A stretch of 64,000 nt of DNA from Fimbriosthenelais zetlandica (taxonomy: Eukaryota), in assembly GCA_977030845.1 (NCBI GenBank), contig OZ365117.1:3410001-3474000 (forward strand), in the 5' to 3' direction. Position numbers and translations under genes: made by a program. Below are positions 13,241 to 26,329 of this stretch, one piece after another. Positions within the stretch are counted from its first letter, which is position 1; each line of letters starts with the position of its first letter. The notes beneath the pieces were generated by a model. It was not told the DNA's origin, ran no database searches, and was given only the letters and a program-made list of their open reading frames with translations.

Positions 13241-15348
13241 CATATGACGTAAATTAAATCATGAATTCTGATCAGAAATTAATCAGTCATCAATAGGAGC
13301 ATCTGTCAAGGCGTTAATACCGGTGTATAGTGATGAGGCTATATGAGTGTGGGCGAGCATTATGTAAGTCAGGCTGGGTGGAGACGAGTCGACTCTAATC
13401 GTGTTACCTTTCGCCGCTTCAGTCTACCATGGCTTCTTTTATTAAGGATCTCCAGGATATGTTCGAGACATGTATTTATATACTGTATACTGATCTAGAT
13501 TCACTGAGAAAAATAATTATATTATTTAGCTACTAAAGTTTCAGTTCCATATTGTCATGAGGACAGTTAGATTCATTTCTATAGGGACATCAGGAATCTG
13601 TTTCAGAACAACCATTAACAATGCTAAGTTTTGGGAAATTTCTACGCTGAAATTTCCAACGAAAATACTCTCTTATAAATGGCTTACAAGGAACACATAT
13701 ATTGAAGAAAAAGACCTAAGGTTGAGCAGAAATGGAAGTGTTTCGGGGTTCAGTTACTTGTAACTATCGGCGCAACAAAATGTGCAACCTTTCTGGAATG
13801 GCTGGATTTCACACGTCAAGTTGGCTGATGGTGATGCAGACCCATGTCCAGATTGAATCCGTTCATTCCGTTTTATTACTATAGTGGGACATATTATATC
13901 ATCTACATCAGGATCCAAATCATACCAGGCGACAAGCGACAATGGTCTAACACCCATCACACAGGCTATAGTTGTCTCATACAACTACAACTCTAATCCT
14001 CCAGGGACATGTACAGTAATCAGTCTGAAAATTGCTTTGTCATTGGTTCACGTATAGACTGAAAATGGATCCACAGCATTAAGTCCAAAACACCCACCAT
14101 CTTCATGACAAAACTGACAAAAATTGAAATTCGTTCGGCGAAAAAATGATAGATATGCCAGTCCGTCACACCCACTGCAGAAAAAAAAGTTAATTTAGAT
14201 TCATGAGTGGACTTGAATGGTTTCTATGCCAGGCGAAAAAAATGATGTGGTTGGGAGCATGGTTCAGCATAAGAAGCGTGTTAATATTGGTCATGTAGCC
14301 ATGTCATTACACGGCCGTCTTCAATATGCACCACAAGGCATGCCGCACCAAAACAATTTCCCCCGATGTTAGTTTTTGTTGAGGGTGGAATGGATGGACG
14401 TATGAAGACATTACTGTGGGTGGTATGGTGGGGGCAGGTTATAATAGAGGTAAATAGTCTTACAGGGACTGGGAGCTGGGGGCCGGGGGCTGGTTTATGT
14501 ACAGTTATTAGACATGGATCAAGGCAAGTCTGAGCTGTACAATAGCTGGAACAAGACGAGGTAAAGATGATACTATTACCTCCCACATACAAGCTTCATC
14601 TCTCTAAGAAATAAGATAATGGCTTTTACATGACAACTGCATCCGCTATAATTAACCTTGGACATGGCCCTCATGTTTGGCACAACTTTCCAGCGAAACA
14701 CATTAGATAAAAAAAAAATTAGAAAAAAATTCTAGCGAGGACATCTTTGCAGCACAAAACAGCATTATGAACTATTTTGTAAGTTGTCAACAATGGGGTC
14801 AGCATGAATAAGACAGTATCTCTGTTCCTAATGCAATACCTCAGAAAAATTTAGAAGGGTTCTTGTGGGGGTAAATTTGGAATTTGATGCCTATGATTAG
14901 TACCAGAGGGGAATGAGACATGGATGGGTTTGGGTGATGACTTGGTGAGAACATTATCAGAGGGCAGCCGATCAGAGACATGAAATGTGAACTAGAGTGG
15001 CGATGTGGAAGGGTTGTAAAGTGGTTGTAGGTTGTCTGCTTGTTGTCAGACTGCCTGGTGTGACATTGTATGACTGGATCCAATATCTACATCCATATTT
15101 GATGGTTCACACACAGTGGGAGGACCCTGCTTGTTCCCTGCAGGCCACCACCACAACTAACCTCACCAGGGACTCTTCTCCTCCACTTCCCTGGCCATCT
15201 AATGCTGACCATTTAGTTCAGAAATTGTTATGTTAAAACATGTGATCCACTGATGATACGAAGGTCGCAATTCTCCCTTATGAGGGGGAAATACAGACTT
15301 GGTGAGGGCACAACAAATTTAAGCTCCATGTTTAGCTAGGTCAGTAAC

Positions 15349-15520
15349 CAACTAAACCTGGTCGATCAGTGTCTGGATAAGATTCCTTATGTTTCCACTG
15401 GATCCAAGACAATTAGACATAGGATACCTTGACACCAGACAATTAGGCAACAAACAATTAGACACCAGACAATTTGACACCAGACAATTAGGCCCCAGGC
15501 AATTGGGCACCAGGATAATT
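15349..15520 (+). mobile_element. End of a non-autonomous DNA transposon with (GACAATTAGACACC)n subterminal repeats, MULE-like (tentative), copy A
   Basis: About 9 degenerate 12-14 bp units follow GGATCC (15400-15405). The upstream leader gtgtctggata.attccttatgtttc.actggatcc is shared with the copy at 40889. Confidence 0.5.
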
Positions 15521-17193
15521 CAACTTCAACACCCCAAGTGTTTAAAAAAACATTTTTTTACAGCATACATCGGGACATCGTCACTCTGTGGCTTCAGTTT
15601 TTTTCAAAATGAATTCAGGTCAGGAAAACAAGAAGCCATTGTGAAGCGGAGAAGACAAGTTGACTGTAGTCAGCAGAAACAGTGCAGATGTAACAATAGG
15701 GAGCCAGCTGGCATCGAACTGAATGCACTTTCCACAAACTGGTTTTTTTATTACAGGAATGAAAAACAGAACAATGCATCAATCCCTCATTGCATAAGAT
15801 ATACGAGCAGTCAAAAGCCAATTTTCCCACGAAATCTTAGGGAATTTTTTCCACTATTGCGCCTCCAATGACAGAAAACGCTACTGAACAATTTTGGCAG
15901 TGGGGTCCAACAACAAGTAATATTATGCAAGCGGACGTTCGTTGGATTGCTCGACGATATTTTTCCCTACGGAAATTGGCCAAAGAGCCTCGTAGACTTT
16001 ATGCAACGCGGGGAATGCCCAGGAGATTACTACTATATATGGTGTTGACTTCCAACAGTTGACCTGTGCTTGCTCTGTAGTTGCAGTGTGAATAAAATAT
16101 CACAAGGCCTTATTTATTGTAAATGGATGCAAAAATTTGGGGTCTGGAAATGCCTGGCATAATGTAAAGAGATGGCTGTGAGGAAGTGGTAGGACATGAG
16201 CCATTGTTGTCCACCAGATGGTGTGACTGTGCTCATGCATGTATAACACTGCATCTGGAACTCATCACCCTACAGTCCCTCTCTCACTCTGCTGAGGATT
16301 TATAGAATAAGGACATTGTTAATACATGGCCATGTGGGGTGGAGTGTAGCCTAATGATAACAGATGACATAACAATCACACACTTCTTGCTGCTAACTAT
16401 TTTGTAAAACACACAGGAAGGCAGCATCTCCCTAAAGAAGCACAAATGATGGACGATTTTTGCATGGGTGAGTAGGCTGTGCTCCATAACTTTCTTGCAA
16501 TGGATCAAAATCAGCGATGAATCTCATATAAAGACAATGTGAGCGGTGGACAGTAAAAACTGTATCCCCGGATTAATGAGTGTACTTGTCCTCACACACA
16601 CACACAAAAACCTCCAGTATTGATGAGGATGTAAAAGATTTGTTTGCTGAACAAAACGAGTTTGAATGACAACTAAGAGGCCTGCGGTAAATGAAAAGCA
16701 ATGAACATAGCGGATGAATAATTTACTTTACATCCACATTTGATTATGCCGTAAGACCATATGCTGCTGTAAATTCACTATCTCTCTTTTTCCCACACTC
16801 CATATGAATACTTAATGAACGTAAATATCAGTAGGATATTTCCCTCCAGGATTTCACTTGCTGAGAATACCTATTTGAAATCACCCAATAAAAATCTTCA
16901 GAAAACAAGGTTCATTTCAAAATCAGTTCGAGGAGCTATTAAAACTTTCCTAATACCGTCTTTCAACTTGTTGTTTACATGTGATTATTAAGAGTCTCGG
17001 GGCATGGTAAGGATGATTAATCACCTGTATCTAAGCCTACCATCCCATGATGGATTAAGTCTCATTTCCTGCATTTCCCTGCTATAATCAACGTGGCACT
17101 CATTTGCTTGGCAGTTCGTACTACAATGACATTGAGATACAAGCCTGATATCCGGCGTCCTATCAGTCAGCCAAGCTTGTCACCATCCCAATG

Positions 17194-17328
17194 CTTCACT
17201 CCTAATACTAAATTACCTTCACTCCTAATACTAGAGTTCCTTCACTCCTAATACTAAAGTTCCTTCACTCCTAATACTAAAGTTCCTTCACTCCTAATAC
17301 TATAGTTCCTTCACTCCTCACACTAAAG
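17194..17328. repeat. Minisatellite, 23 bp x about 6
   Basis: Unit cttcactcctaatactaaagttc. Confidence 0.95.
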
Positions 17329-17369
17329 CTGGAACCAGGTTAATATTCACCTATACAATAGCTGGGATA

Positions 17370-17471
17370 AGTGGGTATAGTCTTTAGTATACAGTATCTC
17401 ACATAGTAAGTGGGTACAGTCTTCACTATACAGTAGCTCATATGACTGAGTACAGCCTTCACTATGCAGTA
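17370..17471. repeat. Degenerate tandem repeat, 36-39 bp x about 3
   Basis: Unit approximately agtgggtacagtcttcactatacagtagctcatatg. Confidence 0.65.
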
Positions 17472-18398
17472 CAATATAGCTCATTCTGTGACACTGGGCA
17501 CAGTATATGTAGTCCTACCAAAGTATGAATTGGTCGCAAAACAAGATGAGAATTTTTGAAGAATGTACGAGTGCAACCTCACAGCTGAGAAGTTCTTACA
17601 CATGTTCCCTTTATCTCATGGCCCTTCCTGTTCCATCCAGAATGGCCAACTCATTCCACTTCCTGCATTATTCAGAGGTTGACATGCACATTGACATACA
17701 GGGGACCAGGACAGAGGCTTGCTCAACAGGGTACCAGACAGCTACTGTAGACAGTTGTCATAGTGACAAAGACGCCAGGGTAGCGGGTCTTAACACCGGA
17801 AGTCGTATAAGCCAGGGACCCGAGGAGTCCTCAAGATTTTCAAAGGGACGAATGTGGTAATGGATGCCTGGAACATTCTCTACACAAACATACAATATTA
17901 TAACACTGAAGAATAAATCCTACTGAAATATTGAGTCCTTTCACCTTTTGTTTAGCAGCAATCTGGTTGCGACTCCTATGGGCATTGGCAAGTCTAGACC
18001 CTCAGAAACAAAACCAGAAATAGCTGTGGCCATCGGCTAGTCTCAACTTTAAATATTAACTTCATAAAGTAGGAAATTGGACTTGGGCTCTCTGGGGCAT
18101 GATCTGTTATCAGCATTTACACGCTTTATCTACAGGGGGAACCTGCTGGATGCCCTCTACCTCTGGTAGTACCACCAATACTAGGCCTACTACTGTAAAT
18201 ATGGCCGTTGTTACAAGACAAACTTAATTAATTCCAGTGCTGTGATAAGAAGAGTATTCATCGGTATTTATTCCCAAGGTTATCAGGCTCATCCACGAGT
18301 TTAAAGGCTCACATGGACCGACACATGACAAAAGGCCTTACATTCATGAACCCGTGTAACACAGACAGACACCTGGTGGCCGGGGACAAAAGCCCTGA

Positions 18399-18490
18399 TC
18401 ACGTGATACTGGTGATCCTATTCCCGGCACACCAGACGGACCAATCAGGATGCATCACTGTGAGGGGTCACGTGCCGTGGTCTGACCAAT
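18399..18490. promoter_or_regulatory. E-box/CCAAT cluster (promoter- or enhancer-like)
   Basis: TCACGTGA 18399-18406, CCAAT 18441-18445, CACGTG 18469-18474 and CCAAT 18486-18490 within a locally GC/CpG-richer patch. Confidence 0.4.
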
Positions 18491-21177
18491 GGGAGCTCAT
18501 CAAGCAACAAGTTCCAGATCAGACACGGGCGATAATGTGGGAGGAGTGCATCCTGGGTGATAATAGGGGAATTGGTGCTTTGGTTGCCATGGGGAGACTA
18601 GAGTGACAAGGCAGGGGCAAGATAATCACACCACAAGGGGCAGATATCCTGCAGACAAGCATAGGACAATAAAGCTGTGCCGTTTATTGACATCCCCTCC
18701 TCCCTTCCCCACGTTCATCCTGATACCGAGGTCTTAATGATAAAGGAAATAAAAGATTAAAAACTTGCTTCTTGAACAGTACCCAATCGCACTTTTAGAA
18801 CATGTAATCAACTTCTTTAATGTAAAAGTTTGGGTGTCATTATTTCAGAATGCACTCGGTTTATAGGCACATTATAAGATAATAGTCCTACTGCCCTTTA
18901 AATTTTGGTCCCCAAGACTGGCTACCAACTCTCAGCATCTAATGGAGAACCTGGAGCATTGTACTGCAGAAATGTCAAATATTTGATTCTATGTGGCCCA
19001 ATGAGGAATCCAAGTGAATATAGTCTAACTTTGCTCATATATGTAGGACAGCGACAACTCTAAGGTCATTAGCATACATTGACTACCAGTATTTACAGGG
19101 TTTTGGTGGAACCCATGGAGAACCCTCCCAGTGGACAACACCCCATGTTTCTGTGACAGCCAAAAATGCTGCAAAGTCGGGAGCAACAAATATGTGTCAG
19201 AGGCTCTGATGGTGGGGACGTGTTTGCATTAGCTGTGATTGGCTGCGAATGGCAGAGAAGGGCAAATTCACTTAGTATTACTACACTGCCTCTCAATGTC
19301 TCTCCCCACACACGGCCTGTTATACTTGGCTCCAAGTGAAATCAGCCTGTGGTCATGAAAAAGGTCAATCTTAAAGCTATTCTCCATGAAATTTGAGATC
19401 TTTTTTTTCATTTTTTTTTAATTTGATACTATCACATAGTGTTATATCCTGTTGCTAATATCACGTTCTAATTATTCTAATCCACCATATTAATTCAGGA
19501 ATTGATTGATAGGTGATGAATAGCCAGTGATGCATGAAATGGTCGGATCGCACATAATTATCATCGAGGAATTTATTAATTAGCAGAAAATCAATGATGA
19601 GGAAATACTCCATAAAGCATACACTACAAGCATTACTCACTCTAAGATTCTCATGTCTTCAATAAACTTAAAGGCCATTAATTGTATATGCATGAATTTC
19701 ATAAACTCATCCACTCTCAGACTATCATAGATTCCATCAAATATTAACAAGTTAGTTTCATAAACAATACTGTGGGATTGATTTAATGGCTAAATGTCCG
19801 ATATGAAATTTGAGAGCAGTCATTTAGATTCTAATGGTACATACTAGGGATATTATGAACAGATGGGTGTTCCTTTAGTAGCAATAAAGATACTACAAAC
19901 AGCTGTTTTACTTCTTTAAAGGCCTTAATGTAACAAAGAATGGACATGGACGGATGCCGTGATTGCGGATTGAATCACCTTCATGAATTCAAAATTAGAA
20001 TTTCATGCAAATAAAACAATAGTACATGTTCAGGTATCTGTGAGCTGTGGATTGGTTTCTTTTGCTCCTGAATATTGATTTGAGAAAATGACGCAGTCAG
20101 GGTCACAAGTAAGCAGTTCTATCTGAAAGACCAGAACTAATGCCATGAATTCTCAATGTGTCAGTTGTGTCCATCAGCTCGCCTCACCTATGAGGCAGAC
20201 ACATTTCGGTTGATTTCTTGTTTCCGGGCAAATCCCATATAACAATCGACCAACTATATATCTCTCTAATGGCACCCACGTGACCATGAATGTGATCCCT
20301 GATTGGCTGCAGCTGTGCTCTATCAAACCCTATAGGTTGGGGTGGGGCAGCAGGTCGAGGAGTAGAATGAAATGAAGCATCTGATTCGGGAGGTACTGCA
20401 TTTTGTGACTTATAGAGTGAAACAGTTACAGACTGGGACATGATGGAAATTTGTTTTTACAAAAATCATCATTAACACTAGAAGTGTGCACTCAATTATT
20501 TGAGCTACTCTATAGTAAAAGATGCATGTACTCATGTTGGGAATCATCCTGTATGTGACCTACTCTATAGTGAAGGAGATACTCACTGCTGTGAGCTACC
20601 ATACCCTATTAGAGGACAGAGGAGAACTTATACCGCCAAAGGCTGTTAACTCTTTGAACAACATATGCTGTTGTTTGCGTGAGCAACCTCTGCTCTCTCC
20701 CTTCATCAGACTACCACTAATGACATCCGGGAACTCTGAGTATCCGTTTAAAACACCAGGTGGCAGCCTGGAGCGTCATGGAATCATGGCAGCAACACAG
20801 CGCAGTGAGGGAAGCATACATACATGTGCAGGTACATGTTTGCAGTCAGACAATTAGACACCATGAACATGGCATTATACCCACTGTGACTGATGAATAT
20901 AGGCCTATATTCATCACTGAAATGTAATAATTGACTTCTATGTTACTGTAAACACTCTTGTACTATAGCTACAAACTTAGCTTGAGTATTTTAATACCAA
21001 CAACTATATGGCTTTACTCACCGCTTACATAAAGATAATGAATTAAAATTTACAACCTGTGAGTCAACCGTTCTACAAGGTCTCAGAACTTTAAGATACA
21101 TGTCGATCGACTCCTATCCACAAATAATAAATTAACAGTAGTATAAACGCCATACAGGTGAATGGACTGAGACCCAC

Positions 21178-21280
21178 CTCTTGCCCTGATGGGCGGAAGA
21201 GCAGGAGATTTCCTGCGTCTTAACTCCGGTAGTGTTTTAGACCTGTGTAGGGGCACAGTGACAACATATTTCCGATACAT
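21178..21280 (-). CDS. Candidate alternative first coding exon: MYRKYVVTVPLHRSKTLPELRRRKSPALPPIRAR(G)
   Basis: ATG with an in-frame TAA 15 nt upstream, 34 codons + 1 nt, donor AGAG|GTGGGT (phase 1, compatible with the PDE1-like exons). Basic, protein-like peptide with an RRKS PKA-type site. No homology recognised. Confidence 0.5.
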
Positions 21281-24200
21281 CCTGAACGTCTTTTAGTAAA
21301 CCATGAAAAAAATCTTATTTAGTGAGCATTTCTCCCATGTGCCTTGTGTTATAGTCCAGTATTAGGCCCATGCCGCATAATGTGACCGTGTGTGCTTTCA
21401 GTCAAACACATTTTCAGTCTGTAGTACATATTAAACCTGAGCATTTTCAGCTGAATGTATAGATCTGAGCATTAAACCGACAATCAAGGGATTTTACTGT
21501 TCTGATCTCAGTAGCCCTGAAAGGAGGCTTTGTTATATCCCTGGCTTCTGGATTAGATTCAAATTATGTAGGATTTATTGGCGATGATATTGGAGAAGAC
21601 CTCATTAAAATGTCAATGTCTTAGTCTGGATTATATAAAGTCGTCCAAAGAGGTCAAGGATTCCCTAATGAGTAAAAATAGTACATGCTGCCTTTTTTGC
21701 ACTAAACATAAATCTCAGGAAGAATTATAGAGCTGTCCTTCTTAACCACAATCCAACAGTCGAGTATGGCACAGTTCTGACAGTAATGAGACATTGACAA
21801 ATAAAGAAAGATATGCAAGTTGTTTTCTCGGCTTTTAGTGTAGTTCCAATAGTTCCTTTACAAATACAAACGTTGAAGATTTGAAGCACAAGAATAAGAA
21901 GGATTGGAGTCCATATAGCAATGTCTAATACCGAGCTCTCTCTCAATCAATCTGATCCTTACTTGTCTAAACAGGGTGAAGTGAAGTGAACCGTACTATC
22001 TATATTTTGAGCTGGACAGTCATTGTTTCTTGTTGACATGTTAAATAATTTATAACTAACGTCAGATAGTGATGAGGGGGCTGTTACATGGGTATCAAGG
22101 CCTCAGACTGCCACCCATGCATCATGAGACTAGTATTGCCATTAGTTAGAACCGTACATTTTTTGAAACATGCCTCAGATTGCTTATGTTGTATTGTACT
22201 CCCCAATGCTTGTGCTTCACCATGAGTGTCTCATACTGATGAATGGAGGATAAGAGCAGACATTACATTGATTTATTATGTCCAGCAGGTCATTAGCGAC
22301 CCATAATCTCAGAGGTAATCTAACATTACTGACACATCCATTCTTCTGTGAATTTATATGAACAATTTTCAGGAGGAATTAACTGTAAGCAGAGGTACTA
22401 CTCAAATGGCAAACTGTACATGTCTGTGATCGGAGAATACCAGCAGAACAGAAACTGGCTGGACATCTGGAGGCAAAACCTGCAACTATACTCTATAAAC
22501 CATAGCTCCAAGCACCTCCGTCTCTCCCAGTATGAACCGAGGTCCTTTATTTTTGCATCGGTTGATTACAACTTCTTTTAGGAACTCAAATCGAGAGATG
22601 AGCATAGACCCAAGACTGTTGAGGTCAATGAGAACTTCGTGTCATTTTTTACTGGCTGACTCGTGATTGTTTATTAGCATCACATATTCTGATGACGGAG
22701 GTCTTAGACACTTCATTATGTCATTCATTAATGAGGCTGTGCTTTAATTAATCTCTCGAGTCTCAGGTCCACATGAGCGGACATGGGTGAAGGGTAGGGT
22801 AAGTGGATCATGCACCATAGTCCCCCCACCCCGCCCCTCACCCCAAGACATTTTAAAGAGCATTGAAGAAGTGCAGAGTAAGTCAGGAACTCTTAGAAAG
22901 ACAGGATAATTAGGTCTTGTGCGTCAGACAATGAGATAGAATGTTCAAAGTAACAAGGTAAAGGATGGGATCTATTTTGGGCTCCATCCATCGTGCCTTA
23001 CTACTGAGGAAGGGTCACGGGCGATAAAGAGCAATGGTGGGGGGTCAGACTCTGATCTTCCAACTCTGCCTCAAGCCCCATGTACAGGGGTAGACCCAGG
23101 AGTTTCAAAAGGGAAGGTGTCCACAATGTTCTTGTGGGTTAAGGAATGTGTTTATACTAATATAAAATGTATTAAGAGAAAAAAAAATTTCTAAAATATA
23201 TTAAGGCCCCTGAGAAGCAGTGATTTGAATATGGCAATCCATATGTTCTGTGAGCCTATATTTCACTCTAGATGCTGTATAAATATGTTGAATAAAAACA
23301 ATATCGCTCCTCCCTACCCCTACAGATCTTAACTGCCATGTTTTGCAGGCATTTTGTTGTCTCATCAGCTGGTAATATTGCCGGCCATTAAAACAATGAA
23401 AACCGGCGATAAACATTAAATGCGTGACACTCATGCCCCATTAAGACAAGCTTTTTCTGCCTCCACGAGTGGAGAGTGCAGAGAGCAGTGTTTATGGGCA
23501 GTAGAAGTAAATGAAGGATATTATTACCCGTCAGTACCGGTTAACTCTGTCTTGCAAATCTCCCATCTTCGATATATATCGAGTCAACCACCTGCTTGTA
23601 ATTTAAAGTAGTTTGTTCAAGTTCAAACAGTATGAATGGTAATTGCCTTTAGGAGTAATATGTACTCTTATGTACTATGGATCCCTGTCATCCGAAATAA
23701 AGTCTTGAATTGAATTGAATTAAGTTAAGCCAAAGTATTGTAGGTTGCTGTTACTTCATTCCAGGGTGCCCAATGATTCTCTACACAACTGGAAACATCT
23801 ATATATAGGCAGGGAACTCCTGATTCTTGTCATTCATACAGAGAACATCTCGCTGTTGGTATGTTAGATTTTGGGAGTGTTATTGCCGACACTTGTGAGT
23901 GACAGTCAGAGGTGGACTGTCAAGTCCCATTATCAGCCCCTATAGACAAGTGACAGCACCCGTCTACCCATTGACACTAGGCTTAGATGTGATTGCATTA
24001 TCAGAAACTGCTGATTCATCATTTTACTGACTATATTCGCCTTTCATGAATCGCGATCACAGACTGGGAGAAGTCATGGTGTGGAGGAGGATTGACTGGC
24101 ATGCCCTCTACTGTCAAATGAACGAGACTTGAAATTGGTGAAAACGATGTGCGAGATTCTAACCTGCCTTCAAACTTGTTGGCCAGGCTTCTAAACGGAA

Positions 24201-24598
24201 TTTTGTTTAAAAAAAAGACTAAAATGGGATAGTATGACTTATGTGGATCTATTCCACGAAAAGGCCAAGACCGTGTGATTTGTTGAAGTGCTAGAGATGA
24301 CAACCATTACCACGAAGATGATACAAGACGTGTGGTGTACAGGAGACCTCATATTAATCATAGACCAGCAAGACCAGCAGATAATGCTACTGAAGCAGCC
24401 AGACATAGCAGCCTCACTATTACTGTGAGTGATCAATTGCTCCACAGACTCTGTTCCTCTTGGGTCCTTCCGTAATAGATACACCTGCCATTTTATATCA
24501 TTTCATGTCATTTTCTGTCTCCACCTCTTTTTGTGCCTCAGCCCTTCTATACCACATACAACTCTGCAGCATCTTCTGTATTTCAAACAAATGAATTA

Positions 24599-24765
24599 GC
24601 GACCACCTCTCTAAATTAGCAAACCACCCGGCTAAGACGACCGCTTTTTCCCGGTCCCGAATGCTTTCCTCTATAAGTGATAGACCATTATAAGGCGACC
24701 ACCTGTCTAAAGCGACCACTTTCATTGGGTCCCAAGGGTGGTCGTTTTATACAGGTTTGACTGTA
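24599..24765 (-). mobile_element. Tc1/mariner (pogo/Tigger-like) MITE, one end retained
   Basis: Minus strand TA-CAGTCAAACCTGTATAAAACGACCACC... with repeated (g)cgaccacc subterminal motifs. The other end is degraded or missing. Confidence 0.6.
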
Positions 24766-26136
24766 GTACAGTTGCTATGGTGGTAAATCCTGCCAAGGGT
24801 CAAGATGTGCAATGTGAGTTATCAGGCCTTATGGTCCATAGATGCGACCAAGGTGAGGATTGGGGAGTAATGCGGTACAGTAGGCCTAACAAGCTTTACC
24901 TCTCAGTCTCCATCTACGTCACCATGACGTCACATCCGGTCCCCCAGGTTACACCAACATCAAATATTCAACACTGCTGCCCCCTGGTAGGTTGCACTAC
25001 AAGCAGATCCTCCCCGCACTCTGACCAATCAGGGCCTCCCCTTCTGACATGCCCTTTGATATAAATAATAACCCACCGGATATACACAATGTCCAAGATG
25101 GACCCTCCTCTGTCCAATGAAAATCTCTTAAAATTTGTCTTTATATTCCTTAAGGTTTACTGGTACCTGGTATATGCAACGGTTCCCAAACGTTTCTATT
25201 TCATTTGATTTCATTTCAATCTTTGTTTAACGTCGGTACATGGATCGAATGCTGAAAACATTAGCTTGAAGCTATTCAACCGACAAGGTAACAAGTAACA
25301 GCCTGACATCAAGATAGGATCCATCTAATATATGACTAAACAGACTCCAACTACATGTAAGGATTGCAAAAATAATTGCTTTAAGTGCAACTGTAGTTAG
25401 GGGACGAGGTATGGATTGTCCAGGGTTCATTTAGTTCTTTTCTCTGTCCTTGTCAATATAGACTTGTCTAGAGATCTACAAGCAGGCACCTTGTTTGATT
25501 TTTGTGTTGCCTACCTTGGACAAAAGAAGATGAGGACAACTGTTGTTTTCAGATTTATGGGTGGCTTCAGCTAAACGAAGATGTTCGGTCGGCATTAAAT
25601 TGTCCCCTAGTGCTTAAATATTCAATAAATTTAAATGAGAGGTAACCGAACTTGAATCCTTGCATGACTAGGACTTTTACAATCTCAAACTACAGCAATG
25701 AATCAGAGAAGTGTGAAAAGATGCATTGTTCATACCAGGTCAGACAGACACGGACATCTCCACTTGGTCTTTCATCAGTTCACACAAACATAGAACAAAA
25801 TCAAGTCATAAATAGAAGATAAAGTGGCCCAACATTAGAAAGTATCTCATCAGGGTGCACCAAAGACTCAATATAAGGAAGCTGAAACACCAAGGACCAA
25901 TAAAGGAAATCAGATAGTAAACACGATATCCAATATGTGATTTAACTGAATTTCCAGAACCAATATGTTGCTGCTCGCTAGCTGGAGTCACATTTATCAT
26001 CCTATTCCCCACTGTATTAGGTTTTACTCGACATGAGTACATCAAGCAGCTGTCAATGCTTGTCAAGCAGGGTTCAACACCTTGAGGATTCACATCCAGT
26101 GCCAAAGGTCAAAGGTCATAGTTTATGGATCAAAAG

Positions 26137-26329
26137 TTAAGCCTGGAACACACAAATCCGATTCTCCAATCCGCCATCCGATCCCCCATTTCAAATGACA
26201 TCCAGTGGTTAGCCTTACCTAGGTGTAAGGATGGTTAAGATTACAAGAATTTGGCGTGAATAGAGATATAGTTTCAGACAGCTATCAGATGTAGCGATAG
26301 AGAATCGGATTAGTGTGTGGGAATCTTAA
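26137..26329. mobile_element. TTAA-flanked MITE (about 185 bp)
   Basis: TTAA-gcctggaacacacaaatccgattctc ... gagaatcggattagtgtgtgggaatc-TTAA: imperfect TIRs with TTAA at 26137-26140 and 26326-26329. Confidence 0.55.

Noticed and set aside
15389-15871. Longest ORF in the track (160 aa, with LDTRQ repeats)
   Set aside because: The N-terminal repeats are simply the translation of the GACAATTAGACACC transposon units, and the remainder has no recognisable protein features.
17194-17328. Possible CRISPR-like array (also 37894-38067)
   Set aside because: These are head-to-tail repeats without unique spacers, there are no cas genes, and the context is eukaryotic.
22348-22581. Protein-like plus ORF (GKLYMSVIGEYQQNRNWLDIW) and an antisense SDHR motif resembling an APE endonuclease end
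   Set aside because: No donor or further exons, no other APE motifs in frame, and no recognised homology.
24280-24430. Exon-like stretch with splice-like signals on both strands
   Set aside because: No frame gives a recognisable peptide, and the signals conflict between strands.
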